Shown in pieces: positions 24,966 through 37,500 of a stretch of DNA of 64,000 nucleotides. The first letter of the stretch is position 1; every line of letters begins with the position of its first letter. The DNA lies in assembly GCA_040437565.1 (NCBI GenBank), contig JBDOQK010000004.1, positions 496,001 through 560,000 on the forward strand, read 5' to 3'. Source of the stretch: Albugo candida. Lineage: Eukaryota. The position numbers were made by a program, and so were the translations under genes. The notes beneath the pieces are model-generated. The model had not been told where the DNA came from. It saw only the letters and a program-made list of their open reading frames with translations, and did no database searches.

Positions 24966-25882
24966 TTATCGCGTGCTGTGTGTTGGTGTGAGTTTTTGAA
25001 GTACGAGAAATGCGGTTTTGATTGCGCAGCGAAGTATCGATCAGTCTCAGTACCGGCAAGCGGTTTAGTCAAATCGAAAGTATTGCACGCTCCTTCTGTC
25101 GACATTTCCAAAAAAGCTTATTTAACACGCGAGCTAAATTCGATCTGAGGAGAAGAAGTTAGAGCGAGCAGGGTTACGCAGTGACGTTGACGCTATACTT
25201 TGAATGTATATTCAAGTAATTGGTCGGTACAATTTGTCGTAAACCATGCTACTTCACTCAGAGTGTGGCAAAATGAATACGTAGCTTCACCAGCATGTTT
25301 TAGAAATGTCTCAATGAAGTAAGCGCGACAAGTTGATGTTGAGTCGAATGAATATGCGTTTATGCTAAGAGAAGTATAGCTAAATTCATTAATCAACAAG
25401 TCCTTCTTACCGATATTGCTGAAAGCATTTCTAAATAAGGATGAGAAGCAAGTAGGTCTCATTCTACACACCCCAGGCTTCACATAAAAATCCAACTTGT
25501 GTCAGCTTCGATGGGTAGTCGTGTGGTGTGGTCACTTGTAAGTAATTATGCGATGGATCCGTCTAAAAGGATCAAGCAACATGCAAATATAAACGATCGA
25601 CCTTAAGTGTAAACGTTGACTACATCTTAGATATTGCTCTCAGTAGGAATCGTACGGATGAATCGCGCATCGTGATTTTTTACCGAATCAGTGGAGAACC
25701 GGACCTATCAGCATGCTGATAAGAGCTAGTATACCATATTAAAGGACCCCCCATCAGACCTTATGACCGATGCATGATCGCAACATTGCTCGCCACCAAT
25801 TCCATGGTGTTGGTGTACCACCCCTCCCGAAGCTTATATCCGAACGTGAAGTTTCGTTGCGCTCACAAATCGATTTCACGGC

Positions 25883-26274
25883 ATGTGGATTCATTGGGTT
25901 CGAACTGTTTTACTGCTCCAATATATCGAATGTCATAAACCGCAACCATATTCGCAGATGGAAACAGCAACTATCACTGCCGCTGTCAAAGACGAGAAGA
26001 ACAACTTGCTCTCTTGTCAAAGATGTCTAATATCTCAAGTCGGTGCACTTCGCGCGAAACTAAGTCGGCCAAAAAATGGTGCGGGAAGCTCAAATGGTGT
26101 GAGCGAACAATTTATAATCACTGTCGCGTCTTCCGATTTCTGGAAGCTGTATCCACTTTGCGAAACGAGGAGGTTATGTCATAAGATAACCATTACATCA
26201 TCCTCTATTGTGAGGCACGATACCAACGAGGAGGAGGACCACGTGCTAGCGGGCATCAACCAACCATCAACTTT
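25883..26274 (+). CDS. Secreted CCG-class effector candidate, copy 2 (5' part only, rest lost in assembly gap)
   Basis: Signal peptide MWIHWVRTVLLLQYIEC and CQRCLISQVGALRAKL. The frame is open until the N gap at 26275. Confidence 0.75.
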
Positions 26275-26949
26275 NNNNNNNNNNNNNNNNNNNNNNNNNN
26301 NNNNNNNNNNNNNNNNNNNNNNNNNNNNNNNNNNNNNNNNNNNNNNNNNNNNNNNNNNNNNNNNNNNNNNNNNNCAATTATAAAGTTGAAAGATGGCATT
26401 GACAGGAATCGTCGTTAATATCAAGGATATTAAGAGCTTTCGCATCTACTTTACCAAATATGACTGACCTATTATGAGGATACCTATGCGTTGAGCAGCG
26501 GCTGAGTGCTTGTCAAAGCACACCATCGTGTAGGCGCCCTTATCGCCTTCCTAATATGATGTGATCGTCACTTTGATCTTCGATCCTTGCTCGAAAAATA
26601 TTTGCGTGACAAATCAAAATCAACGGTGTCTCACAAGTGATGGTGGCTACCAGATTGGCGAAGAAAAGTGCATTTTCTGCATAAGTCCGAGGTATGTAGA
26701 GAGAATATTGTAAGTAGCTTGTACGGGAATTTGTAAGGACCAAGACCATTATCTATGCGCTTATAACTTGGTGACAACTTGCAAAGAACGTTGATCTGCA
26801 TTATAAGGCACTATCATCATGACGTAATGTAAGCTTGAGGAACAGACTCTGTAGAATTCTTACTCTTACAAGACGGTTTGGACCTCAGTCCTAATACACA
26901 CTTATAAACCACTTTCCGATGATGTACTTTTCTCCATATCGCTCTATGC

Positions 26950-28510
26950 GCCTCCAGAAACTCCCGTTCCTTTGCTGTGCGTCAACTTCGACCACGTGGG
27001 CGATCGAAGGATGAGAAAACCATTACTTAATGGCGCTTCGAGTGTAATTGTCGAAAAAGGCGCTCTTGTAGCTCCATTTCCACAAAGCGAATTAGAGTGC
27101 AGGCAGAAGTTTGTCTGCTGAGCCAGATTTATTATTTAAAACACAATTTGAATGTGTCTCAAGTAGACCCCTCTAGCGTTTAAAACCCCTTGAATCCAAA
27201 GCTTTTCGATCTGATCGCGTACAAGATATCAGAGCTTCCAAACAACTCAAGTTTGTGCTGATATACCGGCAAGAAGTGATGTCAACTTGTATTCAATAAA
27301 ACTGAGTTACTTGATGCAACTTGTATAAACCTTCTTTGCGGGACTTTTTGGGCAAACTCTCGTCTTTTGAATCGGGTAATGGCTCCGTTTGCATCAGTTC
27401 TTAACGAAAGCGAACAGACCTGTAGGCTCGTCATCGTGAAGAGTTGAAGACGAAGTCATCAAGATTGCGTCAAAGTAGCTCAAGGCTTCCACTGTATCAA
27501 CATTGATCTCTTCCGTCAAATACGGAGAATACTTGAACAGAATGATGAATCCCAGGAAGATAATGGCGGTAATCATAACGCAAAATGATTCTTCTTCTAT
27601 ATCTCCTGTTGCCGTTCAAAAGGTCAACTGTATCGAATTCGCACCAGGATTCTCGATAAAATTGACACCATTCACAATATCATTTATTTAGAACCCGTAG
27701 TGTTGCCAGGGAAGGACTGACTATTAATAGGTAACTAGTCGATGCGATCAACTTCCTCATGGGTGCATCCGTCATTTAGGCTAGCCTTCTTGCGTGGTAG
27801 CTTGATCGTACAGTTCGAATGTCGTGATGTTGAGGCTATGACGTCCCAAGGACAAGTGCTGAATAGTATGTCTTTCGGCTGTGTCGTCTAAAAAACATTT
27901 TCAGCAAGATACCCTTTCCGAGATATTCGGCTTGATTATGATCGGGAAATTACACAATAGAGTCTTTTGGTTTCTGAAATTGTAAATCGAGATACTTGTG
28001 ATTTGAGCCATGCGAACACGATCGACTTGTATCAGATCGAGCACTTCTTGATACCTATTCATCTCCTTTTCCATCTTCCAACTTGACATTTTAACCAGTG
28101 TCAAATCCTAGCAATAAGCGATCAATTTGCGTTCTGAAAGCCCTCTCAATATGGTCCCGGTAATTCTCGATTGAATACTCTGAGAGGATTTTGGGCATCT
28201 CAGTCAAGCTGCGTTCTGTGATTCAGGTTGGTTCCAATTGTGCAACTGCTCGATGCCTCGATCCAACTGTTGTTCAGACAAGCAATGATGGGAGCTCTTG
28301 GAGGGCTGCAAAGTGCTCGACAGGCTTCACAGAGCGCCAAAATCCAAGAACAAATCCATTTGGTGATTTCGTGACAGATTTCACAAATGCAACGGAACTG
28401 ACTCCATCGTACTCGATCTTTAATATTGCTTCGTGCCTAAATTGTATGGTCGATTCATCTATCGTCGTAGTCAGTCGATCCAATAAAGGACCGAACCCAT
28501 CGCCATGCAG
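26950..28510 (-). pseudogene. Deleted, frameshifted LRRC9 copy (unit B), including a 5'-end remnant
   Basis: WRSVKPVEHFAALQEL, YQEVLDLIQV, IIKPNIS and TAIIFLGFII match the intact LRRC9 in order, compressed into ~1.5 kb. Confidence 0.85.
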
Positions 28511-28675
28511 ATCATAATTGTTTTATTAAAGTGAGCATACTGTCCCTTCCAAACATTATAAAACAATCAATGGTCACAGAATCGTCAATCATCATTCCAT
28601 GGTTTCGATGTTCCATTTTTCCATATTCTATATTGAATGTAAAATTTCAATGCGCTCACTAATCGATTTCACGCC

Positions 28676-30955
28676 ATGCGAATTCATTGTGTTTGGACTC
28701 TTTTACTATTCCGCTGTATCAACTGTCACATTCCCCAAGCGTATTCTCAGCTGAAAACAGCAACTATCATTACCAACCTCGGCAATAGGAAATATGACTT
28801 GCTCTCTTGCCAACGTTGTCTTCTATCTCAAGTCGGCGCACTTCGTGCCAAACTGACTCTGCGAGAAAACGGAGCTGAAGGCTCGAATGCTTTGATCGAA
28901 GAATTCACAGTCACTGCGACACATTCCGATTTCTTGATTTTGCATCCAAGTTGCGGCGCTAGGAAGCCATGTGGTCCGATGTCCATTACACCATCCTCTT
29001 TTGTGAATTATGATCCCAATGTGGTGAAGCATCAAGTGCTAGCGCGCAACAATCCATCGTTAAATCTTTACGGGAAAGCGTCCAAAGCAGAGAAGCGCAA
29101 GCCGGAGATCGTATGCCTTGTTCGAACAGCAACGAGCGCCAAATGTAGAAGCTGCATTACACAATATAGTGAGTCAGCATACTTGGGAGAGTTTTATATA
29201 ACTTCTTCAATTCAACATCGTAAGTTGGCACTACAAATATTTTCTGCAAGGGTACCAGTTAAAGATATAGTCGAATTCTGCTACAAAGCAAAGGCATGTT
29301 CTAGCCGTGCAGCACAAATTTCAGGCACAACATGTGAACCTTTAATCGGCGGGAGTCCGCTACGAGATATTCCGCTCAACGAAGATAATGATCTGTATGT
29401 CCCAAATAGTCTCGAGGAAAGGGAAAGCTTCCAGGAAGCACAAGCGTATCTCATGTCGATCCCATTGAAGCAGCACTGTTTCAAAATACGTTTTGTACAA
29501 GTCCCTCAACTACTCTATATCATGAAGCGCGTGGCGGGCGAAAACAATGGGATTTCTGTTATGCTGCAGTCGGAAATCGGATCTCAACATTCTCATCAAT
29601 ACTTTAGTGTTCTGATTCCGAGAGATCAATCATTAGACGAAAGAACAAAACGCTCGACTACCATCAAGTCGGTGGGTTCAAATGTTTGCAGCAAACTCAA
29701 CGCAGAATATTTCAACACCTTACCAGTCACAGCTCAGTTTCCTTACTGGGTGAGTCTGTCACGTAAAAGAGCGCCGCAATATGGTCCAATTAGGCACCCT
29801 ACCAGGTGTGTCCTGGCATATCACGCCAGCGATGCGAAAGCATGCCATTCATGCGTTACGAGTATGGCCACTGCCAGCACTGGAAGTGCCGCCTATTCCG
29901 TTACAGATTTATCACCGGTGTCGACCTTACACTTCCTGAAAGACGGCATTACAGAAACACCAGTGTCCAAATGCAGCAGAAGGAAAGTGTGTAAATATCT
30001 TCTATTCGTTCCCGGTTTTATGTGTGAGTACGAGTTCCAAAGAAAGAAACCATTCATTGGAAGGGAGCAGCAAGCGACCGAAAAATTTTCGACGGAGTCG
30101 GTTGACAGCAATCACGAGAGGAAGGGAACGATGTCACAGGAACGTTATAGCACGTCTGAATCTATTAGCAGTTCCTCGGCTTCAGATGCGTTTGCAAGAG
30201 CGGCAAAATTACTCGGAAACGACATCCACTCCGATTCAAAAATGATCAAAACAAGCGCATCGCGGAAGGCCCTAGCAGGTAAATCCACTGGATCTACTAC
30301 AAGAAGGCGTACCCTAGTATCCAAATTCAAAAATCGTTGCTCGGAAAGAAACGTTATGTTAATCCAATACGAAAGTATGGATCATCGAACATGTTTACAA
30401 TCTCTTGCGCTGGAGCACGATGTACTGATGATTTCACTCACGGGACGATATGTCTGGATGATATGCGAGGCAGAAGAGCCTCTGCATGGAGATGGATGCA
30501 AGGATCTAACGATCGTGCTGAGATTACAGCGCGATGTTGATATGTTGAGATCACTGTCTGCTTACAGCGTTGAAGACCACTTTCCCCAAAAGAAAACATA
30601 TCGCAATGAACGTGAAATTATCAATAGTCGAAAGCGGTCCAATACAACCCCAAAACAGAACAACAGAGCGAAACGAGCTAAGATCGTTGCACAACGCAAG
30701 TCTTCTGAAGAAGGTATCGACGTTACAAGTGACGACGAGGACGACGAGGACGACGAGGACGACGAGGACGACGAGGATTACGAGGACGAGGACTACACCG
30801 GTCGTCGAGGTCGAGAAGAGGCAATATCAACATTTCGAAAGGGAGACAGGAAAGCGAGCAGGAGCGGCGAAGACAGTCCATCAACAGAGAATAGTGACTC
30901 GGTGGGAAAAGATCCGCTCCACTTTCTACATAATGTACCGAAAGGAAAGAGAACG
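28676..30955 (+). CDS. Secreted CCG-class effector candidate, copy 3 (last few codons fall in a gap)
   Basis: Signal peptide MRIHCVWTLLLFRCINC and CQRCLLSQVG. Colinear with copies 1 and 4 over ~760 aa. DDE-repeat acidic tract. Confidence 0.85.
30731..30793 (+). repeat. Coding 9-bp tandem repeat (GACGACGAG)n encoding poly-DDE
   Basis: Five consecutive GACGACGAG units plus degenerate copies are directly visible. Confidence 0.9.
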
Positions 30956-31466
30956 NNNNNNNNNNNNNNNNNNNNNNNNNNNNNNNNNNNNNNNNNNNNN
31001 NNNNNNNNNNNNNNNNNNNNNNNNNNNNNNNNNNNNNNNNNNNNNNNNNNNNNNNGAAAGTAGTCGTACCGGAGTGTTCAAAGACTATTGCAAATATCTG
31101 TGCTTATAGCCTGTAGCAACTTCCAACGTACGTATACAACGGTCGGCTTTCTTACTTTCGCGAAACATCAAGCTTGTTTACGGTATAATGGACACTATAC
31201 AGGATTGGATTATGAAGCATCAAACACAAAGGTATTTTTTCTTTCGAGATATTTTATTGAGTTCGACCTGCACCTATCCGCACGGATCTAATAAGGTCTA
31301 CACATGCACATTAGACGTAATTTAGAATCCAGAAAACCCATGATGACAGAACGCGTGCTTGAGTTGGATCATCGTCAGACGCTGTTGGATTTTTACACTC
31401 ACAAGACGATTTGCACGTCAGTGTGAGCCACAATTGCAAACCACTGCCAATGATATACTTTTCCTC

Positions 31467-31612
31467 TGTTGTTTGTCCATGCTTCTTAAACAGTGTGGAG
31501 TAAATAACAAGCTATTTTATTTGAAGATTATGGTCCTATTACCTTTCATTGTAGTTTCCTTTGACATCACTAGTCGCGCCCTTTCGACACCAATAGTCGT
31601 GCCTTTTCAAGA
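31467..31612 (-). repeat. 3' LTR of the copia element
   Basis: TGTTG...CAAGA direct repeat of 35790-35935. The adjacent CTCCTTCCCG reads as a polypurine tract on the minus strand. Confidence 0.9.
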
Positions 31613-34600
31613 CTCCTTCCCGAGGTGCCATCACACCAGGGAGACGAGATTGACCAACTCATTCATCCGTGGCGCGGCAAACGTCTTGAAAAGAATGTCA
31701 GCTCGCATTAAACGCGACTCACAATTGTCCACCTTGATTACTTCGTTCTGACTGTAATCCTTTATAAATTTGAGTCTCACCGCGATATGCTTAACCCTCC
31801 CTGTGCTGTCTTCTCCTTGTAGCTGCCTTATCGCAGCTTGAATATCCACGTGCATCCCTAACGGCTTGACCACACGCAGTCTAATCTCTCCTAGCAGCTC
31901 TTTCAGTCCTAAAAGATAAGTTGCTACCAGTGAAGCTGCCATGAACTGGGCTTCAGTCGTGGATAGATCCACGCTTACTCGTTGTCATCACATCTACCCG
32001 GCAATCATTTCTTTAAAAAACTAACACCTCCACTGACCGATTTTCGGTCCGTACGGTTCGCTGAATAATCTTCGTCACTGTAGCTTTCCAGAATAATCTT
32101 TGGCGGTTCATCCTCTGTGGCCATTTCCTTTAGTTGTAGCTTTGGCTCAATCGTACCCTTCATATAGCAAACGATCCGCTTAGTCCACCGCCAATCACAT
32201 TCTCTAGACGAGTGCCCACCTCGGATGGCTCGATGCATAGCATATCCAATGTCCGGTCTCGTACAGCGAGCCAGCCATAACAGACTTCCAATCGTTGACT
32301 GGAACATCTCAAGTGTGGAATTCTCAATAAGATGAAAACCGTCCTTGGTGTCGTACGCTACTCCAATGCTGAGAAACTTGGTCACTTCACCCGAGGTCTT
32401 TCACCTTGAAAAATTGGTCCACTTCGCTGATGCTTGTTCCGGTAACCAACAAGCCGTCCACGTAGACTCTTACTAGAGTGGTCATTAGCCCGCCACTTTT
32501 CTTTACAAGCAACTGTCCGTATGAAACTGAAGAAATCCGATCTTGAGTAGCTTACCTGTAGCAATTGCGCCCACAAGCGTCCGGCTTTTTTAAGTCCATA
32601 CAGGCTTTTGCGAAGTCTCTACCCCTTTTTGCTCTTGTCGCTAGTGCCCGGACTGCTCGACTCATCCGCATCAAACTCCATACCCTGTGGCACGTGGAGG
32701 AAGCTTTCAAGGTCTTCCTCATTCTTTGCTTTTACGTAAGAATTCGAGCCCTCGCCGTGTCGAGCTGGTACTCTCCATACTCGTGCAAGAGCCAGCACGA
32801 CTTTTGCAGTCGTCATGTCCATCACAGCGCTAATGTGTAATCCACTCCGTATGCCTGCTCGTTACCGCACGCCACAATGTTCGCCTTAAATCTCTGAAGA
32901 GTTCCATCTGCGTGCTTCTTGGTGGTGAAAAGCTACTTGGAATGCAGAAGCTTCAGACCTGGCGGACGAATTATCAGCTCCCAGGTACCGTTTGACTTCA
33001 GGTAATCAGTCTCTGAGCGCATCGCATCACGCCACTTATCCATCTCTGTGGACTGCATCGCTTCTCGATATGTAGTCGGATCCTTTACCACACCAACCAT
33101 CGTAACTGGAACGTGTGTCGCGCCCATATTTCGAGTAGTCATTCACCGTCCAGGTTTCTTCTCTCCTCCATGATCAGCATCATGACTTCCAGTTGTTTTG
33201 TAAGCAGAAGTACCTTTCCTCCCGCTTTTGCCGCGCCTTGAAACCTTTTGCCCGATTGCTTGTAGCTTTTTCCGCTGCGCGACATTCTATTTTTCTGTGA
33301 TGTCTTCCAAATAAAAATCTTCCTGATGTAGATGCTTCTGTAAATGCCGATTTTGGTCAATTCCCACTGTTTCGACATTCTTAACGTGTTGCGTTGTCAC
33401 GACCAACTCCTCGTGAGGAAGATGCACTTTAGAACCTTTAGTCTCATCGTGCTTTCCCACAATCACCCCAACCTTAGCCCGCGGCTTCCATGCTTTCGTC
33501 CCGGATCACGGTACATAGTACACGAACTTCCAAACACCACTATGTCAGTAATGCTGGTTTTCCCCCGTAATATCTCAAGCGGCGATGCTCGATTAGAATT
33601 CGAGGTGCTTGGGCTGCGATTTAATACATAGGTGGAGTACTTCACTGCATCACCCCAGAAATGCAACGGCAAACCACTTACGAACATCATGCATCGCGCC
33701 ATATCTAGCACAGCTCTCTGCATGCGCTCAGCCTTTCCGTTGGATGCTTGGTTATTGGCCTCGCTTAATTGTCTTACCATCCCAGTCAACTTGCAAAATA
33801 TATCGACATTGCGATATTCACCACCGCCATCCGTCCTTGTGGACCTTGCAATCGAAAAAGCGCTAGAACAAGTCAAAAATGCTCAAATATTAGCGCAGTG
33901 AGGTCTTTCTTCCACGTAACAAACACTTTACAGTAGTTGGACGCTTGATCAACAAAGTTGTCATGTATCGGTTTCGTTTCGATCCACCGGCGTCATGGGA
34001 CCTTTGAGATCACTGCACATAACTCCACCAATTCGATTAATTGGGGAATGTGCGTCAGTATCCTTCTTGAACTGTGCTATCTCCTCTCTTGCCATGATCA
34101 CAAGACGATACAAGACGATTGTGTAGCTTCAGTAGCGTACATCTCACTCGACCCATATTGTCAACTACAGAACTAGCAGCCTGCAGAGCGGAAGACACAA
34201 TCTTGTTCCCAGTAGATGACGACAAGCACACAGTTTTCCATTTCGACTTCAAAAACTCGTGCTCCGTCACTGACACGCTTCAGGTACCGTCTTCCGTCTT
34301 CGTAGCTCAGAGCGACTCCTTTATCTTCAAACTTACAGTATGAAATCAAATTATGTGCAAGGTATTTAGCGAAATAGACGTCACTTAAACTGACCACGTG
34401 CATTGTACCATCCACGGTAACACTTAACGTTACTTGACCAACCTTCGTGACCTTAATCAACTATTCATCTGCAACGTTGCAATTGTCGAAGCAATCTACA
34501 ACATTGACAGGGATGGTGTCGTCCATCACCAGGTGTCTAGCAGGCACCACTGTCCAAACCCCAGGTCAGATCTTGACCACTTGGACTGTCTCTTACACTC

Positions 34601-35789
34601 AAAGCGAAGAGCGCTTGGTTTCCACTGACCATTTTTGGACATTCTCTTCTGATATGGCTGACTTGGTTGCAACTCCAACATCGCTTCCCATCTCCTTGCG
34701 TCATTCAATGCCTTTGCCGCAGTGTCTGAACTCCGAAAGTCATTACGGTTCTAGTAGGTTGTCTGCCCACACTAACCACATTTGCGCTAGTAACATGCTC
34801 GAATATCGCCGAAAAATCTGCAATCTCCCATGACTGCTTGAGATGGTCAGTGCGACGGCAATCGAGCCTAGTCTGCATGGCTCTTTTCACCTCCGTCGCT
34901 GCCCTTCACAAATGTACTGAACAACAAACCTGTCTGGAAGATTCTCCGAACTTGCAGCGGCAACGAAGTACTGGTAGTGTTCCTTCCATGAGCGACCATT
35001 TTGTTTACGCGCTCGGATCAACCGCGTGGCTTCATACACAGTAACTTCTCAGTCGTAGACCTCCAACATCTTGATCATCAGATATTCAACCGTTGGTATT
35101 TCCGATGCCCAGATTCCTCTCATCTTGTCGAACTGTTTTCTTGCAATACCATCGAGATATCGACTAAGAGTCAACATCTTGTACTCTGGTCCATTTGCCT
35201 CCACTGAGTTGTTGAGCTGCACCAAGTTCGGGCAGGAACTACAACCTCCAGTCTTTGAATCCAGTTCGAATTCATCTGTATTCTTCCTTTCCAGTAATTG
35301 GAAGCTTCATATTCTTGACGATTGGCATCTTGATCTCAAAGTTCTGCTGGGGAAAGAATTGCTGCCCTGGCTGCCTATTTACTTGCGCCGTAGGCTGCAC
35401 AGTCGGGAAATGTTTTTGCTGCTGCACTCGGGGTTTCGGCGAAGCAAACGGCATCTGCATCTTCATGGCTTCACTGAGTGAGTCAGCTCTGGATCGTTGT
35501 CGTCGGGCACCCAAGAACTGGCTGAAGGTTCTCGAACCACTCTCCATGCGGGATATTAATTCTGCGGGGGGGGGTGTGGCACTTGAGTATGCTCTACGCG
35601 TTCCCATGCCATATCGCTCACTGAGCTCCTAATGAGTCTCTTCATCCTATCCAGACGGTTTACACCATGGTCAGAGGCCCCGTGCTCACTTGCTTGAGAG
35701 ACCTCCGCGCTAACACTTGTCGCATTATCGTACGCGCAAAATGGACCTGCAGGAGGGTCTTTCGGGGCGGGGGGGTTGGGCTCATGACC

Positions 35790-35935
35790 TGTTGTTTGTC
35801 AATGCTGCTTGAACAGTGTGATTTAATTGAAAAACAGTTTTATTTGATGCTTTCGGTCCTGTTACCTCTTCTAATAGCTTACTTTGACATCACTAGTCGC
35901 ACCCTTTCGACACCAATAGTCGTGCCTTTTCAACA
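35790..35935 (-). repeat. 5' LTR of the copia element
   Basis: TGTTG...CAACA with terminal inverted repeat, followed on the minus strand by PBS-like GGTCATGAGCCCA (35777-35789). Confidence 0.9.
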
Positions 35936-36064
35936 TCTCCCCTATCGCAGTAAGCGCTGCTGTAACACCAAACTAATTCCAATTGATCCTACTGGTGCAA
36001 TGACATAATTAGAAACTTCATCGATTGCGCTCACTGAAATAAGTATAAATAACATGTATGAATT

Positions 36065-37500
36065 CTATCATTTTTCGTCTTTTACCGCAAGAATCTCTCA
36101 TTCCGCGAACTTGCACGAAGCTGATGAATTCGGCGATCAAAGTGTGAAGTCCCTATCTCAGTAAAATAGTCGAAATATGCGCTCTTGGAGCTTCATTATT
36201 TGCACTTATTTTCGCATAGCTCGCTATCAACTCCAATGACGTTGCAAGACATCCAGTAAGACGTCGTATTTTCCTCGTATCGAGCATGTAACTTGCTTTG
36301 ATTGCACTGCTTTGATACCCTTTGACAGGAGAATGTACGGGTACACTTTCCAAGGCCGCAGTCTCAACCTCGATAATAGGGAGAGCTGGCACCTTCAACC
36401 ACATCGCCTGCGCCTCAAGATTTGGATTTATCGTTGACTGTGATCCGTCTTCTAAAGACATTATTTTCTGTGCCCGTACAGCTCCTTCATAGAAATTCTT
36501 TCGATCTGATCGTGCGCAAGATTGAAATGATCGAGTCACTCAAAGCAAGCATCGACTTCAGCAAAGGCATCACGTGCCAAAACGTTAATGTTAAGTACCA
36601 AAGCTTCCAAAGAACTCAAGTTTGGGGCTGATAAACAGATAGGAAGTGATATCAATTTAACATTCAAGAAGACTAAGGTACGTGATCCTGCTTGTGAAAA
36701 TCCTTCTTGCAGACACATAGCGAATGTAGATGAGCAAAATCTCTTGCTTGCGAATGGGAAATGGCTCCATTTACATCAATTCCTCCGCGGAGGCGAACGA
36801 ATCTGAAAGATCTATAGACCCGTAATCGTGAGGAGTCCAGAAACTGGGAGACTTCAAGATTGCATCGATATGGCTAAAGGCTTCTGATCTGTTACCCTTT
36901 CCCGCTTCTGTAGTATACGAAGTATATTGAAACGCAAGAATATCCGGGGAAGATAATGGCGGGATTTATAATGCGAAACAATCTCTCATCTGTATCTCTC
37001 GTTGCCGCTGTAAAGGTTATCTGCACCTTAGTCCCACCATATTCGCGAACTTTGACAGCTTTAAAAACATAATTTGATTTACAAACCACAATGTAGCCAG
37101 GAAAGTACTTGGCTATCAATATTACCCAGTCGGCGCGATGAAAATCTCCCCGGGTGCATCCGTCATTGTGGTATCGCTTTCTTGCGTAATACCTTGATCG
37201 TACAGTTCGGCTTTCGTGATGTGTGAAGCTATGACGACCCTACAAACATTTCGGCACTATTGATGAGATTTTATTGATATCACGTAAATCAGTATCATCA
37301 TCAACTGTACTCGCTGCAGCCAGAGGTTTGCCTGCTAGTGGGACTTGGAAGAAAAGGTTGTGAAACCCTACTTTGAAGATATTTCGGCTTGATTATGGTA
37401 TCATTAACATATTTGAAAGAGTCTTTTATCGCGGCAATTGAAATTTGAGATGCTTATTTGTGATTCTTCTGAGTCGAGCGACACAAACACGACCGAATCA
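36065..37500 (-). pseudogene. Deleted, frameshifted LRRC9 copy (unit C)
   Basis: VRAQKIMSLEDGSQS...IIEVETAALESVPVHSPVKG...APRAHISTI, LEALVL...DAFAEVDACFE and IAKYFPGYIVVCKS match the intact gene. Confidence 0.88.

Larger units (their letters stand above)
31467..35935 (-). mobile_element. Ty1/copia LTR retrotransposon, near full-length but degenerate
   Basis: Order on the minus strand: gag remnant, protease (W.LDSGA ~34550), integrase (RTDGGGEY...NGKAERM...FWGDAV...LNRSP), RT (DPTTYREAM...NGTWEL), RNase H (YSDEDY...DRKSVSG, LSTTEAQFMAA, KHIAVR). Many frameshifts and stops. Bounded by two 146-bp LTRs. Confidence 0.93.

Noticed and set aside
30731-30793. Short periodic repeats as a possible CRISPR-like array
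   Set aside because: They are in-frame coding microsatellites with no spacers, in a eukaryotic gene.
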